Made by a program: the position numbers and the translations under genes
Source: Candidatus Saccharimonadota bacterium
GTDB taxonomy: Bacteria > Pseudomonadota > Alphaproteobacteria > Rickettsiales > Anaplasmataceae
Reading direction: 5' to 3'
DNA: 32,000 bases
Assembly: GCF_013365495.1 (NCBI RefSeq)
Contig: NZ_CP046580.1
Span: forward strand, 240,001 to 272,000
Shown here: positions 18,710 to 28,634 of the stretch, piece after piece
How positions within the stretch are numbered: position 1 is the stretch's first letter
Layout of the letters: every line of letters begins with the position of its first letter
Notes under the pieces: model-generated
The model's input: the letters and a program-made list of their open reading frames with translations, nothing else
Told to the model about the DNA's origin: nothing
The model's database searches: none

Positions 18710-19567
18710 GTGAATTTTAATCGTTATTTTTTGTTGATGAGATTGCATAGTTTAACAGGTTTATGGCTTGTATTATTTCCAAGTTTAAGTGGTATTATTT
18801 TAGCTTCGACTTCTTTATCATGGCAGACTTTTTTTTTTCTTATTTTGTTTACTTTAGGTGCATTTTTAATGAGGTCTGCAGGTTGTATAATTAATGATAT
18901 TTTTGATAAAGAAATAGATGCATATGTTGAACGTACAAAGTATAGACCACTTGCAAGTGGTCTACTAAATATCAAGCAGGCTTTAGTTTTACTTTTTTTA
19001 TTACTATCTATTGCACTGGTGATTTTACTTCTTACTAATAAGACTACACTTATACTTGGAATAGTTTCTATATGTATGATAATTATTTATCCTTTATTAA
19101 AGCGTTATATTTGGTGGCCTCAGTTATTTTTAGGATTTACTTTTAATATGGGATCACTTATGGGTTGGGCAGTGGTAAGGAATAAGATTAGTATCGAACC
19201 TGTACTTTTTTATGTAGGATGCATTTTTTGGACGTTAAGTTACGATACAATATATGCTCATCAAGATAGAAGAGATGATGAAAAATTAGGAATAAAGTCA
19301 ACTGCATTATATTTTGGTAATGCAATAAAGTCTTGGTTGAAAAAATTTTACTTCATGTCTTGTATTATGTGGTTATATTCTGGTGTTTTATCGTCATTAA
19401 ACAATATTTTTTATATTGCTCTACTTGTTGTAGGGTTTATATTTTACCGTCAATATAAAGATTTTGATTTTGATAACCTTGGTCAATGTATGTCCATGTT
19501 TAAAAATCATTTTTATGTAGGGTTATTGCTTTTTTTTAGTATTCTTTTGGATAGAATTTTAAGCTGA
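18710..19567 (+). CDS. ubiA: 4-hydroxybenzoate polyprenyltransferase (UbiA family)
   Basis: The prenyltransferase motifs NDIFDKEIDAYVERTKYRPLASG and YDTIYAHQDRRDD are present, and the protein is polytopic and hydrophobic. It starts at a GTG 3 nt after the rbfA stop. The conserved N-terminal LMRL...G segment lies upstream of the first ATG, so the GTG start is preferred. Confidence 0.9.
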   Translation: MNFNRYFLLMRLHSLTGLWLVLFPSLSGIILASTSLSWQTFFFLILFTLGAFLMRSAGCIINDIFDKEIDAYVERTKYRPLASGLLNIKQALVLLFLLLSIALVILLLTNKTTLILGIVSICMIIIYPLLKRYIWWPQLFLGFTFNMGSLMGWAVVRNKISIEPVLFYVGCIFWTLSYDTIYAHQDRRDDEKLGIKSTALYFGNAIKSWLKKFYFMSCIMWLYSGVLSSLNNIFYIALLVVGFIFYRQYKDFDFDNLGQCMSMFKNHFYVGLLLFFSILLDRILS

Positions 19568-20349
19568 ATTAATAGGAAAAATTTTCAAAGACTATTTAAG
19601 TTATATATGATAAGTTTTTCTTATTAGCTATTCGAAAATTTTAAAGGTAAAAGTATGAAAAATAGTAGTTGTGGTTGTTAAGGTGGCTTGCCTCTTTCAA
19701 AGTTGAAAAATTGTGTGTGTTTAGTTTGTTTGGGTTTTGCTACAACTGTGTATTCTCTGTGTGAAAACAGTATATAAATTATATTTTGTAGCTTTGATAG
19801 TTTTATTATTTAGGTAGCTGGTGTTTTTTGCTTAGAATTTATTTTTGATTTATAGAATTCAACTTTGAAATTTAGTACAAAATACTAGAACATTTTTATG
19901 AATTGCAGAAATTATATTGTATATGTTTTTAAGTTTTCAGCATTTAATAGGATTGTGGTAAAATAAAATTACTCAAAGAGTTATCCGTACTAATTAAAAA
20001 GAGAGTTGAGCTGATAATGGTTTTTTTGTCTTTGTTGATATCATGTTATTATGGTGAAGTGTGCAGGAAATAAATTATATTTCACTTTAGTAAAAATGAA
20101 GAATAGTAGTTAGCAATTTTAATTTTATTAGATTAGGAACTGTACATAGTGTGTATTTGAAAATACTATATGATGTTTTAGGTTTATAGTGTATTTTTAT
20201 GCAGTTTGCTTCATTTACATGTGGTTATGGAGGTGAATATGTGGAAGCATTATAAAATTATCTTTTATGTTTAGCTACTTTTTTATTTTGTGATTTAAAT
20301 AGTTGGTATAGAATTATATTATGTCTTTAAATAAAGAAGGAAAAATTTC

Positions 20350-22158
20350 TTATACTTCATCAAAAATAGCATGGTTGACTTCTATTTTATATTTTGATTT
20401 TAAGTAGCTAATTAATTGCTCTTTTAGTGATATCATTACACGTTTTCCGGTATCTAATGTGTTTAATGTACCATTTGATGAGTGTATTTTTTTTAGAATG
20501 CCTATTATAATATTATTATCATGTTGAACAGGTTTTGTTACTGAGCTAATTATTTTCATATTAAAAATTTCTTCTATAAAAGAAGGAGGGTAATTTTGTT
20601 GCTCAGTCTCATTTCTATGTATCTGCTTATTTTTGATCAGTTTTATGCCTTGAGTTTTCTTAAAATCTGCTTTTTCTTTTAATTGAGTTATAATTTTTTG
20701 TCCAATTTTAAACATTTGTTCTTTTGTAAACTCATTACGCCAAAAATCTATTACAGATTCTTTGCTTTTTTCAAAACTTTGCATTTTTGGTGGGGTAATG
20801 TCGATAATTTTTACGCTGAAAACAGTATCTCCAATACTTTTAAAATAACTTTTTTGATCTTTTTTTTGTGAAAAGATTAAGGAGATTAAATCGTTGGAAT
20901 TTTTGATACTATTAATGTTTTGTCCTTTTCCGTTGGTGTCTATTGGTCCTATAATTTGTATAGGTAGATTGTATTCATTAGAGATTTCTTCAATTGTTGC
21001 ACCATTATATATTTTGTAATTCACTTGATTTATAAAATCGTTAACCTTTTCGAAGGATTTTTGGTTGGCTAGAATTGATTCTATATTCTTCTTCAGGTTG
21101 ATTAAGTTTTCATCAGAAATTTGATGTATGTTTTCTACCTTTATTATGTGCCAACCGAAATTACTTACTAAAATTTCGCTCACTTCACCTGCTTTAAGAG
21201 CAAACACTTTTTCTCTCATATTCTCTGGTAAAAGATTCTTAGTTATATTATTTATTCTAGTTTCCTCAAGTTTTGTTTTACCAAATTTTTCTGCTATCTG
21301 TTCAAAGCTTATTTCACCTTTTTCAAATGCTTTTTTTGCTGCTTTTACCTTTTCTTCACTAGGAAATACTATATTAAATATATCTCTTTGATTTTTCAGT
21401 TCCTGTTCTTCTATTATAGAATTAATTTCTTCATTTGAAATGTGAATTTGATCTTTAAAATATTTTAGATCTAAGGAAATATATTGTGCAGTTCGATATT
21501 CAGGATCGTAAAAATGAGATTTGTTTTTTTTGTATAAGTCAAGTAAAATTTTGTCATCTGGTTTAGGGATATTTATAACTGCATCTTTAGTTATTTTTAT
21601 AATATCGACTATTCTAGTTTGGTAGCGACTTTTATATATTTTCTCATCGATTTTTTCACCAAAGGTTACTGGGTAATTATTCTTAAATAAAGAGGTTATA
21701 AACATTATTGTAGGCAAAATTTTCTTAAGATTTGTTACATATTCTTTTTCTGTTATGTGCAAGTTATTTAGTGTTTCGTAAAATTTTTTTTTATCAAATT
21801 CTCCTTTATCATTTTGAAAGTACTTAATATTTCCGATATAGTCTTTTATAGATTCTTCTCCAATTGTTAATTTTAGGTCGTTGACTAAGTTAAATAATAG
21901 TTTTTCTTCTATAAGAATATTAAGTAAATTATGTTTTAACTTTTTTATTTGTTCTTTACTGATGTTAGGTTCAGAAATTTGTTTTTCATAATTTTTATAT
22001 AATGACTTATATTCATTTAATGTTATGATTTCTTTTCCAACTCTAGCTACCTTTTCTTTTTCATTATTTTCTAATAGAAAATTGCCAATTCCCATGAAGA
22101 TTAGTAAGCAGATTAAAATGATAATAGTGACTTGAGTGAAGGAATTTTTAATGTTCAT
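20350..22158 (-). CDS. PpiD-like periplasmic chaperone / parvulin-type peptidyl-prolyl isomerase, N-terminally membrane-anchored
   Basis: There is a single N-terminal TM (VTIIILICLLIFMGIG). A SurA-N-like region follows (ARVGKEIITLNEY), then a parvulin core ending in SNFGWHIIKVENI. The 602-aa length and architecture match PpiD. Confidence 0.8.
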   Translation of the reverse strand: MNIKNSFTQVTIIILICLLIFMGIGNFLLENNEKEKVARVGKEIITLNEYKSLYKNYEKQISEPNISKEQIKKLKHNLLNILIEEKLLFNLVNDLKLTIGEESIKDYIGNIKYFQNDKGEFDKKKFYETLNNLHITEKEYVTNLKKILPTIMFITSLFKNNYPVTFGEKIDEKIYKSRYQTRIVDIIKITKDAVINIPKPDDKILLDLYKKNKSHFYDPEYRTAQYISLDLKYFKDQIHISNEEINSIIEEQELKNQRDIFNIVFPSEEKVKAAKKAFEKGEISFEQIAEKFGKTKLEETRINNITKNLLPENMREKVFALKAGEVSEILVSNFGWHIIKVENIHQISDENLINLKKNIESILANQKSFEKVNDFINQVNYKIYNGATIEEISNEYNLPIQIIGPIDTNGKGQNINSIKNSNDLISLIFSQKKDQKSYFKSIGDTVFSVKIIDITPPKMQSFEKSKESVIDFWRNEFTKEQMFKIGQKIITQLKEKADFKKTQGIKLIKNKQIHRNETEQQNYPPSFIEEIFNMKIISSVTKPVQHDNNIIIGILKKIHSSNGTLNTLDTGKRVMISLKEQLISYLKSKYKIEVNHAIFDEV

Positions 22159-22425
22159 AAATTTGAGTGATGAATAGTTATTATAACTGGAATTTAGTTT
22201 TTTGTAAATCTATATAGTGAGTATATATAACTATAATATATTAATTATTTAAGGCTTATTTTTTTCTTGAATAGGAATGTGTATTTAAGTTGATTATCAA
22301 ATTAAGAATTAAAGATGTAGGAGTTATATTAGAATGATAAATTAATGCTTTTTTAATTTTAATAGCTTAATATTTTAGTTTTGCGTCATAGCTAAAGAGT
22401 ATTGTAAATAGTAGATGTTTTCCTG

Positions 22426-23025
22426 ATGTCGTCAGAACTTTTTAAAGGTAATAATGATAAAAGTAAACAATTTCTTATGCAAATTGCTGTTTGGTTAGTG
22501 GATAATACTGCTTTAACTTTTAACCAAATAGCTCAATGTTGTGAATTAACTCTTGAAGAAGTTCAGGATATAGCGGATGAAAAAGTAGATGCTAAAGGAT
22601 TTAATCCTATTGTTTCTGGAATAATAACTGAAAAAGAGATTGATGATTGTAAAAAAGATCTAGATCGTATTCCAAATTTGATTGCAAAAGGTTTTAAGGG
22701 GAGGAATAAGATCGGTAGTAGTATTTTGGGCATTACTTCTGTAGTTAGGCGTAGGGATAAACCTGATGCAATTTATTATTTAATAAAAAAATTTCCTATT
22801 TTGGATAATAATGTTATAGCTAAATTAATCAGCACAACAAGTCATACTGTAGAGCAGGTAAAAAATGGATCTCATTATAATATGCAAAATATAAAACCTC
22901 AAGATCCTGTGTTGCTTGGCTTATGTAAGCAAGAGGATTTAGAAGCAGAGATAGAAAAAGCAAAAATAAAAGAAGAGAGAAGAGAGAGGTTAAAGAATAT
23001 AAAAAAAAAATATGAAATTCTTTAA
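22426..23025 (+). CDS. DUF1013-family protein (alphaproteobacteria-conserved, TrcR-like putative cell-cycle regulator)
   Basis: VWLVDNTALTFNQIAQCCELTLEEVQDIAD, RRRDKPDAIYYLIKKFP and NIKPQDPVLLGLC match my recollection of the DUF1013 consensus. The C-terminal tail is K/E-rich. Confidence 0.75.
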   Translation: MSSELFKGNNDKSKQFLMQIAVWLVDNTALTFNQIAQCCELTLEEVQDIADEKVDAKGFNPIVSGIITEKEIDDCKKDLDRIPNLIAKGFKGRNKIGSSILGITSVVRRRDKPDAIYYLIKKFPILDNNVIAKLISTTSHTVEQVKNGSHYNMQNIKPQDPVLLGLCKQEDLEAEIEKAKIKEERRERLKNIKKKYEIL

Positions 23026-23066
23026 ATTGCTTATTTATTTTTATGTTTTATCGGTATTAAATTCGC

Positions 23067-23097
23067 TTGACTTAATTAGTTTTATTAGTACTATACT
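23067..23097 (+). promoter_or_regulatory. Weak sigma70-like promoter candidate for rho (TTGACT, then TACTAT at 16 nt or TATACT at 19 nt)
   Basis: TTGACT lies at 23067-23072 and the -10 candidates at 23089-23094 and 23092-23097. This would give a leader of about 110 nt. A separate clear RBS, GGAGGG at 23203-23208, sits 2 nt before the rho ATG. Confidence 0.3.
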
Positions 23098-23210
23098 AAT
23101 AAAGTATGTAGCTTAATAGTAATTGAATATTTCCTAAAGGTAACTAAGCCTAATTTATTATCTTATGCATATCTTAAGTTAGTAAACATCAATTAAAATT
23201 TTGGAGGGTT

Positions 23211-24626
23211 ATGATAACAGTCAATGAAGATGTTTTAGCGAAGGAAAAAATTGTAACTGAACAAGAATCAGTAAAAAAAAGTGAGCTAATTCTTAATAAT
23301 GATATGGTAAAGCAAATGACAAATGAGAGTGTAAAAGAAAGTAGGAAAGCGTTGGATTTGAGTGAATTGAGAAAAAAAACAGCAGAAGAATTATTAGGTC
23401 TAGCCGAAGAAAGGAAAATCTCAACTAATGGTAAAAGTAATGGCAGAATGCTGAAGCAAGAAATGATATTCAGCTTAATGAAAAAAATGAGTGAAGAAGG
23501 GGGAGTTACTACAGGAAGTGGGGTAGTAGAAATATTACCTGATGGTTTCGGCTTTTTACGTTCAGCAAGTGCAAATTATGCTACTAGCACTGATGATGTT
23601 TATATTTCTAATGGGCAAATAAAAAAATTTAACTTGCGTACTGGAGATATGGTATGTGGGGAGATCAGGCCACCTGGTGATAAAGAAAGGTATTTTACTT
23701 TAACTAAAGTTCAAAGTATAAACTCTACTGAAATAAGTGAATTGAGGAAGTACGTCCATTTTGATAATTTACTTCCCCTTTATCCTGAGGAAAGTTTAAT
23801 TCTTGAAAAGAGCACAAGTAAAAATGATAAAAAGGATATAAGTATGCGTGCTGTGGATATAGTTGCCCCTCTTGGAAAAGGTCAAAGGGCATTAGTAGTT
23901 GCCCCTCCTCGTACAGGAAAAACGATATTACTTCAACAGATGGCTCATTCTATAGCTATGAATTATCCTGAAATAGAATTGATGGTATTACTTATAGATG
24001 AAAGGCCTGAGGAAGTGACAGATATGATGCGTTCTGTGAAGGGTGAGGTGGTGAGTTCTACATTTGATGAACCTGCCTATCGACATGTACAACTTGCTGA
24101 AATAGTGATAGAGAAAGCTAAAAGAATGGTTGAACATAAAAAGGATGTTGTAATTTTGCTTGACTCTATAACTCGTCTTGCACGTGCTTATAATGCAGTT
24201 ATTCCTTCATCTGGTAAAGTTTTAACTGGTGGTGTAGATTCAAATGCTTTACAAAGACCGAAACGATTTTTTGGAGCAGCTCGTAATATTGAAAATGGTG
24301 GTTCTTTAACAATTATTGCTACTGCTCTTATAGAAACTGGCTCAAAAATGGATGAAGTTATTTTTGAAGAGTTTAAAGGCACAGGTAATGCTGAAATTTT
24401 GCTTGATAGAAAACTTGCCGATAAGCGAATATTTCCAGCTATTGATATTACAAAATCTGGAACTAGAAAGGAGGAATTATTGATTAATAAAGCTATATTA
24501 AATAAAATATGGGTCTTGCGTAGAATACTTAATCCTATGGGATCTATAGAAGCAATGGAATTTTTACGTGATAAACTACTTTTAACAAAAAGTAATGCTG
24601 ATTTTTTTAACTCTATGAATAACTAG
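23211..24626 (+). CDS. rho: Transcription termination factor Rho
   Basis: The match to Rho is near-continuous: [27 protein letters not shown] (Walker A), [51 protein letters not shown] and FPAIDI. The ATG at 23211 is backed by the GGAGGG RBS. It gives an N-terminal extension of about 48 aa before the LSELRKKT segment that aligns with the E. coli N-terminus. Confidence 0.95.
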   Translation: MITVNEDVLAKEKIVTEQESVKKSELILNNDMVKQMTNESVKESRKALDLSELRKKTAEELLGLAEERKISTNGKSNGRMLKQEMIFSLMKKMSEEGGVTTGSGVVEILPDGFGFLRSASANYATSTDDVYISNGQIKKFNLRTGDMVCGEIRPPGDKERYFTLTKVQSINSTEISELRKYVHFDNLLPLYPEESLILEKSTSKNDKKDISMRAVDIVAPLGKGQRALVVAPPRTGKTILLQQMAHSIAMNYPEIELMVLLIDERPEEVTDMMRSVKGEVVSSTFDEPAYRHVQLAEIVIEKAKRMVEHKKDVVILLDSITRLARAYNAVIPSSGKVLTGGVDSNALQRPKRFFGAARNIENGGSLTIIATALIETGSKMDEVIFEEFKGTGNAEILLDRKLADKRIFPAIDITKSGTRKEELLINKAILNKIWVLRRILNPMGSIEAMEFLRDKLLLTKSNADFFNSMNN

Positions 24627-24786
24627 TTGTAGAGAAATTTTAAAGGTTGACTATGATAACTAGTCTATAATTAGCTTTTTTAGGTTATTTTATCTAATTT
24701 TATTTATCACTATGCTAGATATTAGACTGATAAACAGTACTAGATTTTAAGAAGCTAAATTTTTTTGTACTTTAAAGTAAGTATGA

Positions 24787-26250
24787 TTACTTATTTTCAT
24801 AGTATTTCTCAACCAGTTTATTGAGCAACCTTACACCAAAGCCTACTGCTCCTTTTGGAGAGATATCAGTGCCTTTTTCATGCCAAGCAGTTCCTGCAAT
24901 ATCTAGATGTGCCCAGCAGGTATTATTTATAAAACGCTGTAAAAATTGTGCAGCTATTATGCTATCTCCACCAAAACCTACAGGAGCTATGTTTTGCATA
25001 TCTGCAATTGATGAATCAATACTTTTATTGTAAGTCTCACTTATTGGAAGACGCCATAGTTTTTCATTTACTTCATTTCCTACATTAATAAGTTGATTTG
25101 CTAATTCATCATTATTGGAGAAAAGACCAGCATACTCGTTCTTTCCAAGTGCGATTATTATAGCACCAGTTAAAGTTGCAATGTCAATCATGAACTTTGG
25201 TGAAAACCTATCTTGGGTATACCATAAAGCATCTGCGAGTATAAGCCTTCCTTCTGCATCAGTGTTTAATACTTCTATTGTCTGACCGGACATTGAAGTG
25301 ATTATATCGCTTGGCCTTTGGGCGTTGCTACCTACTGCATTTTCTGCTAGTGCAACTACACCAATTGCATTTATTTTTGCTTTTCTTCCTGCTAGAGCAC
25401 GCATTACTCCAATTACAGCGGCAGAACCTGCCATATCATATTTCATTAACTCCATATTACGTGAGGGTTTTAGTGATATTCCTCCAGTATCGAACGTTAT
25501 ACCTTTACCCACAAAAGCTATAGGTTTTTGTTTTAAAACAGCTCCATTCCATTTTATTACTACTAGTTTTGGCTCTTTACTACTTCCTTGTGCTACTCCA
25601 AGTAATGCTTTCATTTTTTTCTCTTCTATTTGTTTTTTATCAAGTATTTCAACCTCAAGATCTAGTTGAGTAAGTTCGGTTTTTATACGGTTGGCATATG
25701 ATTCTGGATATAAGATGTTGGGTGGTTCAGTAATTAAAGAACGAGCAAGAAATATACCTTCACCTTCTTGTCTTAGAAGTTCAAATGATTTTTCAACGTT
25801 GCTTAGTTGTTCATCTTTTACTAGTACTGTAATTTTTTCTATTTCTATAATTCTTTTATCTTTTTTACTTTTATACTTATCAAATTTGAAACTACGTAAA
25901 AATGTTCCGTATGCAATATTTGCTGCATTTCCTTCAATAAAAATCACTGCTTGTTTAATCTTTAATTTGCTTAATTTACAATATATTTTACCACCAATAT
26001 TTAATTCTTTGTTTTCATTCCACTCATTTTTTTTGCCTAGTCCAACAACTATGATGGTTTTTCCTTCTGGAAAAGTAATAGAGAAAAATTCACCAAAGCT
26101 TCCATTAAAGTTATTAAGTTGTTTTATACTATTTATAACTAACTTTTCTTCTTGTAAGATTTTGTGATTATTTATAGTTTTGTCATCTTCAAATAAACCT
26201 GTGACTATTGTTTTTGAATCAGGTAAAATTTTAGAGATTATTATTTTCAT
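24787..26250 (-). CDS. pepA: Leucyl aminopeptidase (M17 family)
   Basis: The M17 signature NTDAEGRLILADAL is present, together with VGKGITFDTGG, MKYDMAGSA, ATLTGA and WAHLDIAG. The protein is 487 aa. Four plus-strand ORFs inside it are antisense shadows. Confidence 0.95.
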   Translation of the reverse strand: MKIIISKILPDSKTIVTGLFEDDKTINNHKILQEEKLVINSIKQLNNFNGSFGEFFSITFPEGKTIIVVGLGKKNEWNENKELNIGGKIYCKLSKLKIKQAVIFIEGNAANIAYGTFLRSFKFDKYKSKKDKRIIEIEKITVLVKDEQLSNVEKSFELLRQEGEGIFLARSLITEPPNILYPESYANRIKTELTQLDLEVEILDKKQIEEKKMKALLGVAQGSSKEPKLVVIKWNGAVLKQKPIAFVGKGITFDTGGISLKPSRNMELMKYDMAGSAAVIGVMRALAGRKAKINAIGVVALAENAVGSNAQRPSDIITSMSGQTIEVLNTDAEGRLILADALWYTQDRFSPKFMIDIATLTGAIIIALGKNEYAGLFSNNDELANQLINVGNEVNEKLWRLPISETYNKSIDSSIADMQNIAPVGFGGDSIIAAQFLQRFINNTCWAHLDIAGTAWHEKGTDISPKGAVGFGVRLLNKLVEKYYENK

Positions 26251-26319
26251 TGTTTTGTAGTTTTTTATTTAATTCAAGGTTAAAGTAATATTTACTTGAA
26301 CAGTTTAAAAATACAAGTT

Positions 26320-26973
26320 TTATTTTTTGCTAGAAAACTTGTTATGGCTATTTAGAGTAATGTTAAATATATAGGTTTTAGTAGCTCGGTTATTATAGAT
26401 AAACGGTGCTATTAAGAGGCTTGCAAGTCCATTATCAATTAAATTGCTAAGATTAGGATCAACACAGTTAGTATAATTATGGTCAATAAAAAACATTTGT
26501 GTTTTAAAGTTTGGAAAATCTGGATGCTGAACTAAAAAATTGATATGTGGAGCCATATTTTTAATTTTACCAGGTGCTATTGTGATGAAACTGTAATAGC
26601 CAAGGTTATTTGTTATAAATCTCCCTGATCCGATAAAATTTGGATCAAATTTATCTTTTTTTATATTTTCATCATAGTTATTCATACCATGTGAATTCAC
26701 GTGCCATATAAAAACCACAGCATTTTGTATTGGTAGACAGTTTATATCAGTAATTCTACCTACTATATTTATTAATTCTCCAATTGCACTAACTGGAGAT
26801 CCTGGTTTTCTCCTTAGGTTATTTGAAAAGTGAAAGTGTTTTGGTTGTGGATCAAGGTTATAGATTTCTGGTGTTTTGATGCAATTGAGTAAGATAGGGT
26901 CAGTTGCAAGTGATGATAATCCTAATATGTTTTGTATTAAAAACGCTAATAGGATAACTTTCACCTTTGTCAT
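26320..26973 (-). CDS. Secreted intradiol ring-cleavage dioxygenase-like protein (protocatechuate 3,4-dioxygenase beta-subunit-like fold), probably divergent or degenerate
   Basis: An N-terminal signal peptide is present (MTKVKVILLAFLIQNILGLSSLA). The Dioxygenase_C-like core reads GRITDINCLPIQNAVVFIWHVNSHG...GYYSFITIAPGK...APHINFLVQH. Confidence 0.7.
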   Translation of the reverse strand: MTKVKVILLAFLIQNILGLSSLATDPILLNCIKTPEIYNLDPQPKHFHFSNNLRRKPGSPVSAIGELINIVGRITDINCLPIQNAVVFIWHVNSHGMNNYDENIKKDKFDPNFIGSGRFITNNLGYYSFITIAPGKIKNMAPHINFLVQHPDFPNFKTQMFFIDHNYTNCVDPNLSNLIDNGLASLLIAPFIYNNRATKTYIFNITLNSHNKFSSKK

Positions 26974-27447
26974 TAAAAATATAGTTTCTAAATATTTAAA
27001 TTATAGCAGTTTTTTTGATATTAGATGTAGAACACTTCTTTAAAATTCAGATTAATCAATTATTAGCTTGTTTAAAAAGAGTCTAAAAAGCATTTTGTTT
27101 ATTTATCATGCATGATAAATGTAAATTTAACTTTTTTTTATATAAATTGGCACTTGATGTCCACTTTTCTTTAAGGTTATTCAAAGAATAATGTTTTAAA
27201 TAGAAGTTTATATTTTGTTTTATGCTTAATGGGCTCATTTATCCATAATTATATTGATACTAAAAAATGTATATGAATAAATCTTTTAAAGAAACGAATA
27301 AAGAAACGACATACCTTACAGCTAGTTTTTCAAAAATTATGAAAAAACTTTCTTTAAATTTATAGATACTCTCTACAACTATTACTATAGTAATGAGCCT
27401 ATATTACTTAACTATTTTTTTTAGAGTAAGTTATATATACTTAATTT

Positions 27448-27576
27448 TTAAGAGCCTTGGCGAGCTTTACATCTTGGCTTGACTTTATTTATAATGTAAA
27501 CTTTGCTGCCTCTTCTTACCACTTTACAGTTCTTGTCTCTATTGCGATGAGATTTTAGTGAACCTTTGACTTTCAT
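27448..27576 (-). CDS. rpmJ: 50S ribosomal protein L36 (alphaproteobacterial long, Cys-poor type); absent from the supplied ORF track
   Basis: Manual translation of the minus strand from ATG (27576) to TAA (27450-27448) gives [42 protein letters not shown], 42 aa. This matches the alphaproteobacterial L36 pattern MKV.NSLKS...R...VVRR.G.VY.INK..PR.KARQG. Confidence 0.85.
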   Translation of the reverse strand: MKVKGSLKSHRNRDKNCKVVRRGSKVYIINKVKPRCKARQGS

Positions 27577-27623
27577 ATCTATAGCAAAAACTAAAATAAT
27601 TTTAATGATAATATTTATCTTAG

Positions 27624-28460
27624 TCAATTAATAAATTTTTTATACTTATGTAAGTGTTGTATGATTGTTGCTGATACTTCTTCGATTGACTTTTGTGTAA
27701 CATCAATAATTGGCCAATTATTTTGTTTAAAAAGTTCTTCTGCTTTTTTTATTTCTTTCTCTACTTTTTGGGGGTTAGCATATATATTATTATTTTCGTT
27801 ATTGATTGAAGTGAGCCTATTTTTACGTATTTCTACTAATCTATTTACATTTATTGTTAATCCCACTGTGAGCTTGTTTTTTAATTTTGTTAAGTCGGCA
27901 TGAAAGGGTACTTCACTGATAAAAGGAATATTTGCAACTCTGTAACCTCGATAAGCTAAGTACATGCTAGTGGGAGATTTTGATGTACGTGAAACTCCTA
28001 TTAATATTATATCTGCTTTATCAATATCTTGAATATTTTGTCCATCATCATGATTAATAGTATAGTTTATTATTTCAATGCGCTGAAAATATTCGTTATT
28101 TATCTCAGTATGTAAGTCAAGTTTTACATCTTTTTCAATTTCAAGATAAGAGGAAATTTCTTTAATAATATGTGATAATATTGCCCTATAAGGAATTGCC
28201 AATTTTATACAATAGTTTTTTAAATATTTTCTTAGCTTGTCATCAGTGATAGTGCATATGACAAAGTGGCATTCATCTTTTTTTTTATTGACTCCCTCTA
28301 AAATTTTATCAATTTGTTCTTCTTTTTTCACAAAAGACCAGACATATTCAACTGTTTCTACAGAGCGAAAGTGTTTTAGAGCTGATTTTGCAACTGATAT
28401 AACGGTTTCACCACTTGAATCTGATACTAAATATAGATTAAGTTTTTTTTTAGAGGTCAT
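27624..28460 (-). CDS. Pyruvate,phosphate dikinase / PEP synthase regulatory protein (bifunctional kinase-pyrophosphorylase, DUF299 family)
   Basis: [10 protein letters not shown] is at the N-terminus and the P-loop region reads [30 protein letters not shown]. The 278-aa length is typical of the family. Confidence 0.9.
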   Translation of the reverse strand: MTSKKKLNLYLVSDSSGETVISVAKSALKHFRSVETVEYVWSFVKKEEQIDKILEGVNKKKDECHFVICTITDDKLRKYLKNYCIKLAIPYRAILSHIIKEISSYLEIEKDVKLDLHTEINNEYFQRIEIINYTINHDDGQNIQDIDKADIILIGVSRTSKSPTSMYLAYRGYRVANIPFISEVPFHADLTKLKNKLTVGLTINVNRLVEIRKNRLTSINNENNNIYANPQKVEKEIKKAEELFKQNNWPIIDVTQKSIEEVSATIIQHLHKYKKFIN

Positions 28461-28634
28461 GTTCTATAAATAGTGCCATATATAAATAGTACTATAATTT
28501 ATTAGTATGAATTAAAGCAACTTGCTACTACAATCATAACTGATTTATTCAATTACTTGAAATATGATAGAACTTTTATTATTGATAAAATCTGAACTAA
28601 TGGATAAATTTTTAATTTAGTTATTGTTAAGCAG

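Noticed and set aside
24821-26167. Four plus-strand ORFs (24821..25033, 25298..25669, 25311..25523, 25691..26167).
   Set aside because: All are antisense to the well-supported pepA gene. They have hydrophobic low-complexity sequences, and two of them overlap each other in different frames. These are shadow ORFs.
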